Of a DNA stretch of 64,000 bases, positions 41,301-54,604 are shown in pieces. The number at the start of each line of letters is the position of its first letter. Within the stretch, counting starts at the first letter, position 1. Source of the DNA: Vitrella brassicaformis CCMP3155 (lineage: Eukaryota > Protista > Chromerida); assembly GCA_001179505.1 (NCBI GenBank), contig CDMY01000265.1, positions 1 to 64,000 of the forward strand. Direction: 5' to 3'. Below the pieces are notes generated by a model. That model worked only from the letters and a program-made list of their open reading frames with translations. It was not told the origin of the DNA and did no database searches. A program made the position numbers and the translations under genes.

Positions 41301-44300
41301 TTCTTCATCTGAAGAAGATGAGCAGGATGAAGGTGAGGCCGTCTTGGAGATCCAGGAGGCAGACGACGCCCCAGCCCCCATGGCGGTCGAAGAAACCGAA
41401 ACCGACCAGGGGCGGATGACAGAGGTGGCGGCGCTGCGTGCGGCCATTGCGGCGGGCAGGAGGGTCCTCGCGCCTCATGTGGACGCACTCCTGCAGCCCA
41501 TGCAGGTGAGTGAGACAGATGACCACCCTGTCTGTCCACACATAAATTTGCACATCAATCACATCACACACCACCCATACGTGTGTGTGTTTGTGTGTCA
41601 GGTGTTGATATCGAATCGGCGCAAGTATGGGTGCTCGGCCTCGTCAGTCCGCAGGACAGCCGCCGGGGGGGGCAGTGCTAGCAGCAGTGGCAGTGTGGTG
41701 TCCGTCGGGGAGCTGGAGCTCATGTCGCTCGTCGCCAACGACTGCTCTGTACGCCACGCCAGCCACACACACCAGCCCCCCACCACCCCCTCTCCCTCTC
41801 TCCCTCTCTGTGTGTGATTGTGTGGTCAGTCCCCAGTGACGGCTCTGCACCTGCTGCCCCTCCTCCAGTCGTCCCTCCCCCCTCCCACATCCACACAGGC
41901 GTCACAGAGGTTTGCCTCTCGTGCGGTGGCTGCGGCGGCCCAGCGGATGATGCTCGTCCTGCAGTCGATGCGGCACCTCATGGTGGGGCCGCTGGTGGTG
42001 GCTGGTGGAGGTGTGGAGGGGGTGGATGGTGGCAGGGAGGTGCTGAGGGGGGTGCAGACACACATGAAGAGATACTTGCAGGTGAGTGAGAACCGAGCGG
42101 ATCCATCCATCCATCCATCCACCCACTTGTATGTGGTGTGTGGTGTGGTGTGTGGTGTGCTGGTTGTTCGTGCAGACGGTGCAAGATCTGCCGTGCCGGG
42201 CGTCTCTCGCCCAGCTGTGGCTGACCACAGACATCCTCCTCGCCACACACGCCCCGACCACCGCCTCACCGACCAACCACCTGGTCAGCTACGTCAGTGC
42301 CACAGACGCACAGGCACACGCCAGGCTGTGGAACGACCCCGCCGCCGTCACACGAGAGCTATTCGGCGTGGGTCAAGGTGGTGGTGGTGGTGGTGTGTGG
42401 GAGATCTGTGCTGCCCATCTGCTGGTGGCCCTCAATGCCTTGCGGCGTGGGCAGCTGACTTCGGAGCCTGACTTCGACTTGCACGTGCAGCTGCTGGGAG
42501 AGTTCTGTGACAAACACGTCATGCCCACCACCACCACCACAGCAGCAGCGGCAGCAGCAGCGGCTGACGGCCCACAGCCGATGCCTCCCCGTGTGTGGGA
42601 GTGCGTTGTGCGTCATGTGCTGTTCCTTATCAGTGGGGCAGAGGTGGATATTGGCGTCAGACAGGTAGTACCCTCCGAAGCCCGCCACACACCCTTCTCT
42701 CTCTCTCTCTCTCTGTATGTGTCCTCTTTGTGCATCTATGTATCTGTCAGATGTGTGTGCGGGTTTTGCACCGGCTGGCCGACAGAATCGCCGCCTTTGC
42801 GTCCGCTCTCCGCCAGGCCATGGGCACCGACACACACGGCCACCAGGATCTCCACGCCGCTCTCACGTCTCCCGGCACCGATCTGCTCACCGAGGCCGTC
42901 CAGTGCTCCTCTGTGTGTGAGCACGTCTTTGGGGTGGTGCTGCCCACCATGAGGCGGCTGTTCCGACACTCTGACGAGGGCGTTCAGCGGTCGGCCTTCC
43001 AGGTGCTGTCACACTACATCCGGACGATCGGGCCACATCTCGCGACGCTGCCCCTGCCTTTGCCGTCATCATCAAAGCACGCACTCATCGACAGAGGTGG
43101 TGAGGAAAGAGAGAGAGAGAGATAGAGCTCTAGCCCCCCGTGTGTGGACCATGTGTGCTGATGGACCGATGTTTTGTAGGTGTGGAGAGAGCCTCCGCAG
43201 GAGATGGTGAGCTTGTGAGTCACATGTATGGGGACGCGGAGTTGTACAGCAGGAGGGTGGAGGGGCGAAGGGCGGCGCTGCACACCAACCTCATGGCCGT
43301 CATCAAGACCAGCAGCAGCACAGGCGAAGAAGGCGGCGATCTGTTTGGCGAGCTGCTGCACCTGCAGCGTCACAGGAGGGCGAGAGCCCTCATACTCCTA
43401 ACCAAGTAGGCACATACATTTCCATTTCATGACACCCTCCCCATCCATCCGTCGCACACACCGCATGCACCGGGCCGCACCGGTGCGTTCGCTGTACGGT
43501 ACGTGTGTGTCATCTATCTATCCATCAGGGCGGCCAAGTCAGGGCAGCTGCAGCGGTCCACCCTCACCCACTTCTGCCTACCGCTCTGCATGCACGCCAT
43601 CCTTCAGGCAGGGCACGCACCCCCTCCACACACACACCCACACCCATACACATACACACACACATTCTTCTCCCCATCTGACTGACACACACGTTGTTCA
43701 GAGGTCAGCCCGGAAGGAGACCTACGATTCTTCCCTGTGTGAGGTGGGCCTCACCTGTCTGTCCGAGCTGGCGGCGCGAGTGTCGTGGACAACGGCACTG
43801 TCGACTGTGCGGACGCTGGCCAACGCACTGAAGAAGACGTCAGAACGGGAGAAACCCATCGTCAGGGCCATCTGCAAGTACGTGGCGGCACAGAGAGGGA
43901 TACCTTTGGCTGGCCATGGTTGGGTGGATGTCATGTGGTGTGGTGTGTTGTGGTGTGTGGTCAGGGTGCTGGGGAGTTTCGACTACCACCTGCCTGACGC
44001 ACTGGCGACCTTCAAGGGCAGCAAGGACGCGCAGCACGGCAGCAGGGTCAGTCAGCCATTGCATACGCGACGGACAGTGGACGGGGTGTGGTGTGCTGTG
44101 TGGGGTGCAGGTGTTGGATGCTGTTCGGAGAGAGGCCGCCACCACCAGCAGCAGCAGCAGCGGCCAGGAGGGCCAGCAGCCTGACACCGACGAGCAGCAA
44201 GAGGCGGAGGACCAGGACCAACAAGAACAAGAACAAGAGCAGGAGCAGCACCAAGAAGACACAGAAGGTGCCGCAGCCACACAAACCGACGAAGCGCAGA

Positions 44301-47300
44301 CAAAGTGAGTACATCCGCACGGCCCACACCCACATGACCAGATCCACACCTCTGCTGCCTTTCCTGCACAACAAACACCCACAGGCAGGAGGCCATCCAG
44401 TCGGCGATCCGGAAGCGCATCTTGCCCCTCCTGCGGTCGCTGCTGCTGGAGAAGAGCAGGGCCGCACAAACTCCCGTCCACCACTATGCCCCCAAACACC
44501 GTCGCGACGACAAGGCCGACACGGGGGCAGGTGGTGGTGGGGTGGTCCGTGTGGCCGTGGCGGGCATCATGCTCCAGGTCAGTCAGTCGGATCAGTCAGC
44601 TCTCTCGTGTGTGTGTGTCGTCGTGTCTGTCAAGGATGAATGTGCTGCCTGCCTGCCTGTGTGTTGGCTGGTGTCTGGTGTCAGGTGTCGCGCTACTTGC
44701 CTGTCGATGAGTTCCATGGAGAGCTGCCGCGGCTGACTAGGATGCTCTGCACATGCCTCAGGTAGTAGGTGCACACACGTACCGACCAACACACACGAAA
44801 GTCTTGTGTGGTGTGGTGTGCAGGTCGCGTGACGTTGCCGAGCGCCGCACCGCACGGGCTGCAATCTGCCAGGTACGTACGTGGGTACGTGGGTAAGAAC
44901 AAACCTGGGCGAGGGGGCCAATCTACCTTAGGCTTCCCGATGTGTGTGGTGTGTGGTGACATACATAGGTTGCCCATGCACTGGGCCCCTCGTACTTCGC
45001 CTGGCTGGTGTCGGAGCTCTCGGGACAGCTGACCAGAGGCTATCAGGTGCTACCTACCCTACGTGTGGGCCTTGCCAGGCTGAACACCACACCACAGCCA
45101 TCAATCACTGTTTTTGTCGCTGGTGATCAGGTGCCCGTGTTGGTCTTCACAGTGCACGCCGCACTCCGGGCTGTGGTCGAGGGCAAACCCGATCACAAGG
45201 AGCAAGAGCAGGAGACGGACGGCACACGCACGTCAGCAGCAGCAGCAGCAGCAGCAGAGAGTGAGGGTGAGTTCACTGGGTCACTCGACGACGCACTGCA
45301 GTGGATTCTGCCACTCGTCACACAGGTGAGGGAGGGAGGGAGGGAGGGAGGGAGGGACCTGCGCTATCTACGCGGCTGCGCCCATGTGTGTGACATCCCT
45401 GTCTGTCTGTGTGCAGGAGCTGGACCGTCTGGTCGACCCCGACCGCCCGGATGTCGACGCCATGGCTGAGGGGGCATTCAGCAAAGTAATTAAGCAGGGG
45501 CACTGCCCGCAAAGCCACGTGCAGCATGACTGTCAAGCACTCGTGTGTGTAGGTGGTAGAGGCCAAGCACCTGAGGGGGCCGGAGATGCTGGAGATGCTC
45601 GCCAAGACCCTCACTAAAGACAAATGCGAAAACGAACTCATCGGGTGCATTTGCAATGCAACGCCTGATCATGCCACCCACCCACCCCATGGAGCAATCA
45701 ATCCACACACATACGTATCTCTCTGTGCTGTGGTGGGTGGTCTGTCATCTGTCAGTTTCCTGTGCGGTTTGTTGAGCGGCACGGCGTACGAGAGGGAGGG
45801 CGGCGAGGTCAGCCGCACGTTCTCACACAAGTACCTCCACAGATGCCGAGAGCTGCTCCAGAGGGTAGGTACCCATGCTCACCTGCACACACCACACCAC
45901 ACACCCCTATGTGTCTGTTGGTGTCAATCGCAGTCGATCCAAGGCCTCTCGGCGAACCCCTCCTTCCCTCCCGCCTCCCTCCTGCTGCTCTCCCGCCACC
46001 TCATCGCCCTCTCCCTCTCGCTCACACACCCATCCCACCCCACACACCCGGACGACCTACCTTTCATACGCAAGGCCACAAACAACAATACCACCAGCGC
46101 CCCTGACACCACCACCAGCACCCAGCAGCAACAAGAAGACGACTGGCAGGAGGGCGAAGCGCAGAGGCGCGTGAGGGCCATGCGCGACGAATATGTCTCT
46201 CTGCAGCCAGGTGCGGCGAGGGGCCGGGGGCCGCTGGACGGCGTCAAGCGAGGAAGGGGGTTTGACAAGAAGGTCCGGGGGGCGGTGCTGGGGCAGGCGG
46301 GGCTGCGCCTGCTGCTCCTCGCCATGAAGCGCTTCCAGGCCTCCAACACGGCCATGGAAGGGATGGAGAGTCTGGTGCCTTACGTGATGGAGTGTTTCTG
46401 CAGCAAGGAGAACGACGTCTACGGCGAGGCCGCCAGGGTGCTCTGGCGAATGCAGCTGGTCGGCAGGAGGAATGAGGCTCTGAGGGAGGCCATGCAGAAC
46501 AACGCCAGACGAGTGGCAAACACCATACTCAGGTACCCCTCCCCCCACCCACACACAGACAGAGCGGTCCCTTTCCATCTCTCTCTCTCCCTGTGTGTGT
46601 GTGTCACCTGCACACAGGTTGTTTGAGACGATGAGCGGCGCGGGCCAGTCGTCGTCGGCCGGTGACATCATCCCGACCACCACTCGGCTACTGGCCTCCC
46701 TCCTGGCCGACCCGCAGTCCAGCAAGTGGTTCGACCCACTCATCACACAACACCAACAGCAACAGCAACAACAACAACGGGCTAATGGCGAGGGGGCCAA
46801 GGGCCGGAAACGGGCCCCGCAGGAGAGCGAGGGCGAGCGCGTCATGGAGGGGCGCGCGCTGCTTTCCGCTCTGCTCTCTCAGGTCACATACATGGCGCCA
46901 TTTGGCTTACACAAGCACCTGTGGATGCCTGTGTGTGTGCAGATCCAGGTGTCCTTGAGCGACGCCCGGCTGCAGTCGTCTGCCTTGCAGCTGTTCCGTC
47001 GGGTGTTGCTGCTCAAGCACAAAGACGAGACGCTCAAGTCGTTCGGCCTGGCCAGTCAGGTGTACCAGTGCGTCGACAGGGTCGCCGAGCTGCTCGTGCA
47101 GACACACGACAAGAGCGTGGCGGCGGTGTGCTCCAAGATCTACGTGGAGTTCGTGCTGACCTTCCCCATGTCCAACAAGGTGCAGTCGTTCCGCGTCAGC
47201 CACCTGATCAAGAGCCTGAGCTACCCGCAGCCACAGGGGCGGCAGAATGTCCTCAACGCATTACACGCACTCCTGGTCATCCAGCCAGCCAGATGCACAC

Positions 47301-49613
47301 CAGACAACACAAGGCTATACAGCACCACCCGTCACCATGCTGTTATCGTGTTCGTGTGTTCGCACAGGTGGACATCCCTACTGATGTGTTGGTGTCCCGC
47401 TATTCTGGCCTGATTGGTGTGTCGGTGGCCGCGAGGCTGGCGCAGGAGGATGACAGCACAGCACGGTGGGCACCCACCAATTACAGGCATCCCAGACGGA
47501 GATGTGTTCATGTGTGTGTCTGTTTGTGTGTGCACACCACAGGCAGATGCTCCACGCCGCGCTCAAGACACTTCTGCAGGCCGTCAAGGACGAGGGAGCG
47601 CGAAACGACCTCATCCAGCTGCTCCTAAAGTAGGACAGGCAGCAGCAAAGAGAGCAAGGGAAGGCAGCAGTTGTGTGAGAACACGTGGATGGATGTATCT
47701 GTCTCTGTGTATCGCTCTGCTCAGGTGGTCCACGGGCAAGTATGCGCTGCGTCTGGCGTTCGTGGAGTCAGCGGGCATCCTCATCGACTACTACGGCGAG
47801 CGCTTCTCCGCCCTCCTCCCCTCCATCCTCCCAGCCGTCTGGACGGCACTCGCACTCTCACACACACCCTCACCCGCCCTATCGGCCTCGGCTGACAGCG
47901 GGCTGCCGTCCGTCCCTCTGGAGGACTGGCGGATCGTCTACTGCGCTCTCAAGGCAATGGAGGGATTGCTGTCTGCCGTCTCTCTAGGGGAGCTGGAGCG
48001 GCACCTCTCCCCCTCTCTCCTGCACCCACACTGTCGGTCGCTGCTGTGGCCGGGGAGCCATGGTGCAGATGGCGACACGCGGCAGCAGCTGCCGTCCGTG
48101 TCGGCCATTATGAGTGGGTCGGCGCGTGTGGGTGTCGCGCAGGCCCTTGCTGGCCTGTGGTGCTGCGCCATGACCAGTGGCCTCGGCCACCCGCACCCGT
48201 GGATCGCCGCACTCGCCCTCCGGATACTGGCCACCTACTACGGCAAGAAGAGCCCTGCGGCACTCATCAAGCAGCAGCAGCAGCAGCAGGGGTCCAGGAA
48301 AGGCAAGAAGGCGGCTTCATCGCCCGCACCTCCTCTGCTTTATGTCGCCCTTCCGGATGATGGTGACTATCCCCCTCCCTCTGTCCTGCTGCACCGATTG
48401 GTGTCGCTGATGGCGTCTGCGCGAGTAGAAGACCAGCCACAGCTGTGTGACGCGCTGCTGGCCGCCCTCACTGGTGCGTGTGGGCTTGCTCTCAGCTGCC
48501 CCGACATGATGGGCAAGGAGGGAGGCGCTGCTGATGACGAGCAGCAGCAGCAAGAGGAGGAGGAGGAGGCGATCGCAGAAGATGCTCCTCCAGAGGGCGA
48601 AGGCATGATGGACATGGATGCCGCGGCCGACAGGGAGAGGAAGAGGTCTTTTGATCAGCTGAATGGACATGCGGAGGATGAAGGAGAACACGGAGAGGCT
48701 GTCAAGCGGCCACGGACAGCAGACAACAAGGGACCAGACGAGGGCGACGCGGCCAAAGAGGACCGCGAGCCCGACGCCGCCGTCATTCCCCCCGAGTTGG
48801 TCACGGGCTCCCTCCTCCACCAGATACACTTGTCCCCACACGAGAGCAGACGGCAACCTCCACCCTTACCCCGCTCCAGCGACCAGCCAGCACCACCGCC
48901 ATCCCCATCCCCATCCCCCTCCCCCCTCTCCCCAGCCCATCAGCTGCAGCGCTCCCAGGTGTTGTGGTGCGTCCGTCGGCTGTCCGGCCGCACCAGCAGA
49001 TACCTCGGGGCCACACCCACCCACCCCGTCCGCACCGCCCTGCTCATCCAGTTCTACCGCCAGCTGCCGACCATTCTCCGACCCGACCTTCTGGTGCAGC
49101 ACGGCTTGCTTGACGCGTGTGTGCGGAGTCTGCACCAGATAGCGTCCAGCGCGGTGAGGGCGCGGGACAGACTGGAGGAGGATATTGGGCATCTGCTGAC
49201 GCGGGTGACTGACCAGGACAGAGGCATGGTGTGGGGCGGGGTGAGGGAGCTGTCGGCTGGGCAGCAGGTGGCCGTGCTGGCGCACATGGCTGGCCAGGCG
49301 CTGGAGAGGCTGGAGCGACACATGACCGGTGGAGGCCTCTCGGCTGAGTACACACAGGCCCTCACTGCCGCCAGACAGGTGCGCATCTGTCTGCATGTCT
49401 GCATAAGAGGCTGGTTGCACATTGGATGGATGGATGGATGGACCTGTCTGTGCGTGTGGGTACATGCAGGCTGTTGGTTCCCGGCGCCGAGCACGTCGTG
49501 TGCAGGAGAAGCAGAGGGCGGTCGTCGCGCCACAGCTGGCCGCACAGAAGAGAGTCCTCAAACAGATCAAAAAGAAGATGAAGAGACGGAAGGGCCAGCA
49601 GAATACCAGATGA
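35399..49613 (+). CDS. UTP20: Small-subunit processome component UTP20 (DRIM), giant HEAT-repeat protein; many exons
   Basis: N-terminus RFRFLSFAERIARIDV, LPLVVFH-type block, PAFTCLAYVFRFLSK and FVRYFAAESLAFVFRK. Later blocks RPAVIPIMIRILLAKL, QSFRVSHLIKSLSYPQPQGRQNVLNAL and a basic C-terminus KRVLKQIKKKMKRRKG. Confidence 0.9.
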
Positions 49614-50199
49614 CAGCAAGTGTGGGTCGGTCGATGAGTGGTTTCGGTGTGTCCGTTGTCCATGTGTGCTGTGTCCTGTGAGTGTTGACGTGTCTTTTGT
49701 GTGGTGCGGCATGACGTCCTTTATCCATGTGACGTCAACTGTGTGGAAGGGAAATGCCATCAATGCTGTATGTGTGATAGTGAGGATGTCAAAGGGAGGG
49801 AAAGTCTGTCCATCCGTGGGCCAGATAGTCTCACCATCTCTACTACACCATCATCGATCCACACGCAATGTGGGCAGCGAAAGAAGGAAAAAATAGGCAG
49901 CTCACGGCCAGCACACTGATGACGCCCAGAGGAGAGAGAGATAGGGCAATTGATACACACACTAATACTCCCACTGCAACAGAGATAGCTAGAGAGCAAC
50001 ACGCCATTCACCCATACATACAGCGGACTGCTGCACTACACAGACTGCGCTGCACATACGTTCCGCCACCACTGTCACCAACCAAAAAGACTTGCACACG
50101 AATATGTATAGCAGTGAACGATAGCCCCATTGCATCCTCCCTCCCCTCCCCCCGCCTCACAAAGTCCGTCCAAGAAGCTAGCTAGCTCGCTTCCTCCCC

Positions 50200-52088
50200 T
50201 CACCCTCCCACGTCATCCTTCCCTTCCACCAGCCACTCGAATGGACATGCCGATCTCAGCGAGCAGCCGATGAGATCTCGAATCGAAGCTCGTGAAGGAA
50301 TCATGCCAATCTCCTCACGTCCAGCATAGAGTGGCTCGTCCATCCGCTCCGCCTGCACGTCCTGCTGCCCAGCATCACCACGCAGCCAAATAGTCCGCAC
50401 AGTGACCGACTCTCCTACCCACTCCGAAGACGTCGCCCTCACTGCAGTGAGCGCTGTAGACACATTCTTGCTCAGCCTTGTGAGAGCCTCTCGTCGCGGG
50501 CCAGTCGGTCCTTCCTTTGCTTGATAGCCATAGATCACGGTCAGACGCCCTTTTTCTTTATGAAGACGAAGAAACCGTGGTCGCGATACGTTGAATGTGT
50601 CGATCTGACGACCCACGAGTAGACATTGTTGGCCAGATACGAGTGCTCTCCGTCGGCAAATAGCGAGTTCATCTTTCTCAGAAAACATCTGATAAGTCCC
50701 TCCGCGGCCGTCACCAGGTGGTCCTGGATGAAACCGCCAAACTTGCATCCTTCGGCAACTTCCACAGGGACCAGATTGGCTGCTGCGGGGCTAACAGGGG
50801 AGCTCTCCGTAGGGACGCCGCTGACTGACAAATGGCTGTACAGCAGTCGCAGTGTCAGCCCTGCAGCAGCAACGCCCTCCCATCCCTTCCCAGACCCCTC
50901 CGCGTCCTTGAGCTGATCAAGAAACACCTTGACCGCCCTCAATCCCTCGCCAAATCCATCGCGTAATTCGGGGGCTGCTGCGATGTTTTTGGAGCTGCCG
51001 ATCTCGTGAGAAGCAAATGGCAGGTAGCAGGGAGGCCAGACACATGCTGAAGATCCACCATAGACGTCCAGCAGACATGAAAACGACCCGAGATCATCGA
51101 CCTTGCCTCCATCACCCTCAATGGCCGTGAGAACGATGGCTTCTGCACGCACTGTGTCGAAACGATCGGTCGGCTGGCGCTTGACGATGTTTTCTACCCT
51201 CTCGGGCGATGGCGGCTCTCGTGGGTAGGCCAGCGTCAATAATGCGGGGCATCGTCCCGCCCAGCAGACGAGGCCGGAGTGGATGGCTGGGCAGAGGCCC
51301 GTTTCTACGACGTCAGACAGCTTGGTCACCTGCGGAATCCGTGGCCTATACACTTCGCGGGCGCTGGCATTGTTGTAGTAGTCCTTCAGATGAGACCCCA
51401 GCGCGGCGACGTGGCTTGAAAAAGCAAAATACCGCTGCTTGCGAGCGAGGAAGTGGACCTTCAGGAAATCAGCCACCTCCTCGTCCGCCGAGTCGGGCAA
51501 AAAAGTGCTGTCTGGGGCGATACGCTGGTTGAGCTCATCAATGAAGATGACGAGAGGGTGATTGCCCAGCCAATCGGCGAGTGTCCTCTTGGAGATAGAA
51601 ACACTCTTAACCCAGTCGTGAAACATGAGACAGTCCACAGACTTGTTGGCCGCCTCGGCAACCTCCTGCAGCGTGTCATCCGTTGAGGTTGCCCAAGCTA
51701 TCCGCACACCAATCGACTCAAGCGGGGTCATGGTCCTCTTCTCATAGGCGTTGACGTTGGTCCCGTCGTTGAAAGTGATGAATAGCGTGGGGGTCCCCTC
51801 CTTCTGCAGCGAGGCGGCAAGCTCCTTCATCATCCGCGTCTTCCCCCCTCGGGCGAAACGGGTGATGACCATGGGCGGCACGCGAGCAGGGCGGGACGTA
51901 TCTGACGCGTCATAGTGTCCTCGAAGCGTTGTTAAGATCTCCTTCAGGTCATCTTTGCCGATATAGGCCTATTGCTGGCCGGCTCTGAGAGTGACGCTCG
52001 GCACATTCTCTGGGTCACGGTCAGTTGGGTCGATGAGTCTATCGACTGACATGAGATGGCTGGGTGTCAAGGTGACCTTTTCAGACAC
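50200..52088 (-). pseudogene. Intron-free P-loop NTPase + restriction-endonuclease-like (Crinkler/CR-effector-like architecture) gene with an in-frame stop and a frameshift
   Basis: Walker A-like TRFARGGKT and Walker B VIFIDE. A C-terminal YGYQAKEG (QxK nuclease-type motif, 50509-50532) sits in another frame. In-frame TAG at 51969-51971; frame switch near 50541-50560. Confidence 0.6.
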
Positions 52089-52147
52089 CTGAACCTCGAA
52101 TAGACACACACACACTCATATGTATGCCTGTGTGTGTGCTTGCTTCG

Positions 52148-52183
<36 letters not shown>

Positions 52184-52533
52184 TTTCTTTCTTCCTCCCC
52201 GATTACATCATCATCCGCCACAGCGGCTGCTGCACACACACACACACACACACACACAAGGTGCACATATCAGCATTCGCGTGCATCGCGTACCAGCAGC
52301 AGCAGCGCCAGCAGGAGGGTCTCTTCGTCTGCCTCTGCATCGGCAGGGAGGGAGAGCCACAATAGAACGGTTATCAGCGGGAAGGGACAGTCACTTTAGA
52401 TGCATTTGAGGTCGGTGCAGCCGCGGTGCGTTTGAGGTCGGAGGGTTAAGAGGGCGTGAAACGAATCTGTGGAGGAGATGGGGGCCCCCGCGTCTTCTCT
52501 GACCACCGATCTTGCAAGGAAACGGTGAAAGCC

Positions 52534-54604
52534 ATGGAGGAGGAGGCTGGGCCAGCGAAGGCCCTGTCTATGCAGCAGAGCAACGTCAGTGGCATCAGCA
52601 GGAAGGAGTCCCGCGTGAGCCGAAAGGACTCGCAGCAGATACGATGGTCGCATCTGTCCGCCGGTGTCCTGGCTGTGCTGGGCGTCTGTGCCATGATAAC
52701 AGGTGCAGCAGATGGTCAAAAAGGGGGGCAAACCGTCACTTTGATCTCAGGGCTTCAAGGATGCTTGTTAAAATTTGATCATGTGCAGTTGTTGTGATGG
52801 ATTTCACGACTGCATCATCAAACATCATCGACAAGCTGACCTGCAAGACCAGCCACGACGTGCCGCAAATATACGATTTCGCCTTCCAGGAGGAGGACCC
52901 CGAGGAGACGGGTAGGTAACTCACAAGTCTGGCGCACAGGAGAGAAGGAAGAGGACACAATGTGCTCAATTAATGCTGGCATTCAGGCCCTGCTGCGTCT
53001 GTGGGAGGCGCCGGGCCAGCTCCAGGAGGCCCCCTCTTGCCGGTCGTGCCATCGGCTATCCCTTTGGGCGGCCCATCAGCCTTTCCAGTGATTCCCGCCT
53101 TCCCATCGGTTTTCCCCTCTGCCTTTCCGTCGGGAGCCCCAGGGCCTGCGTCTAGCGTGTGCTTGGCGCCTGACTGCACGGACGCCCAGAATGAGTTCAA
53201 CACGATGGACGGGGACGCATCGACCTGCATCACATGGACAGAGATGAGCTCATCGCCGAATGGGCTGCTCTGTAAGTTTTGGTAGAGGGGAAAGAGGAGC
53301 AGCACTGCCAGCCTGTATGACGACACTGAGAACTGCCCTGCCAGATGCGCCTGACGAGAATTTATTCAACACGACCATAGCTGCACTGGAGCTCCTCCAC
53401 GGCGCGGAGACGCCCGTGCCGGCCGAGGCCCCGTGTTTCACCTTTCGCCTGTTTGCCCTGATGTATACGCTCGAAGTGAGCGACTGTGGCGACTGCACCA
53501 GGCTGAGGGCCAGAGAGCTGCAGACGGTGATCGGACCGGAGAGCAGCAGCGATACGAGTGAGCACGGTGGGAGGTGCATTGGACGTGCGTGTCCAATGTC
53601 GCTATGTGTGTGGCATGGCATACAGGGTGCTCTGACGAGGAGTTCGCTGTGGCTCTTGGGAGCACTTTTCTTGCCTGCTTTGCCAGTGTGGGTGTTAGCT
53701 TCCTCATCAGAGGCGCCGTTTATAGGTAGGTAGGCCGGACAGGGAAAGAGAGGCTCTCTCGGCTTGGCATCATTGATTGATTGATGTGTGTGTGGTTCCT
53801 TCCGCTTCAGCTTTCTGACGTCTGTGTGGTGGTCGAAGGACGGTCTGTACAAGAAATATAGGACTGGCCTGTTTTCCTACGTGTGCGCCCTCACTTGCAT
53901 CGTCCCATGTACCCTCCACATCCACATGAGGCGCGAGACACGCAACTTCGTGTTTGTGCCTGCCTGTGCTCACGCAGGTTTCCTGTACTGGTGGTACTTC
54001 ACTGTTGAGGGGGTGTACGTCACTCTGGCTGCCATCAGTGCATCCTCGTTGGCTCTGCTGTTGCACGCCGTCCCGCCGGGTCAGGTAGAGCTGCTGCGGG
54101 TGACGACCTTCCACACGGGCAAGACCATGAACCTAGCATTCGTTGACGGCTCGTGCAAACACGACGTCACCAGGTGACTCCTGGCAGCACTAGATGCATC
54201 GTGCACCATGCACGTACAGTACACATCAATCATGATGAATATCGATCAGTGGCATGCGGCGCGGCATCACATGGATGGACGGCAACAAGCAAGAGGAGCA
54301 CATCGAAGAGGAAGAGGACGAGGAGGAGGCGGGAGACACGAAAGTGGCGGAGGGGATGCATGTGAGCCTCTACCAATCACCACACGACGGCCCTGGTCGA
54401 CAACAACATCAGCAGCAGCAGCAGCAGGAAGAGCATGACAGCAAAGGAGGAGGGCCGCTGTCCCCTGCAGACGATGCAGATGTTCGTCTGGAGGAGGGGC
54501 GGCAGGAGGAGGACATCAGCAATATGCATGTCGGTGGTGGTATTGGAGGTCAGACATTGGCCGAGCCACTGCATCAGGTCAGAGCTGTTGACGACTCCTT
54601 CTGA
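52534..54604 (+). CDS. Hypothetical multi-pass membrane protein
   Basis: Consistent splice phases: MEEEAGPA..HLSAGVLAVLGVCAMIT|VVVMDF..EET|GPAASVG..GLL. Hydrophobic segments LWLLGALFLPALPVWVLA and VYVTLAAISASSLALLLH. Acidic/Gln-rich last exon ends at 54604. Confidence 0.5.
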
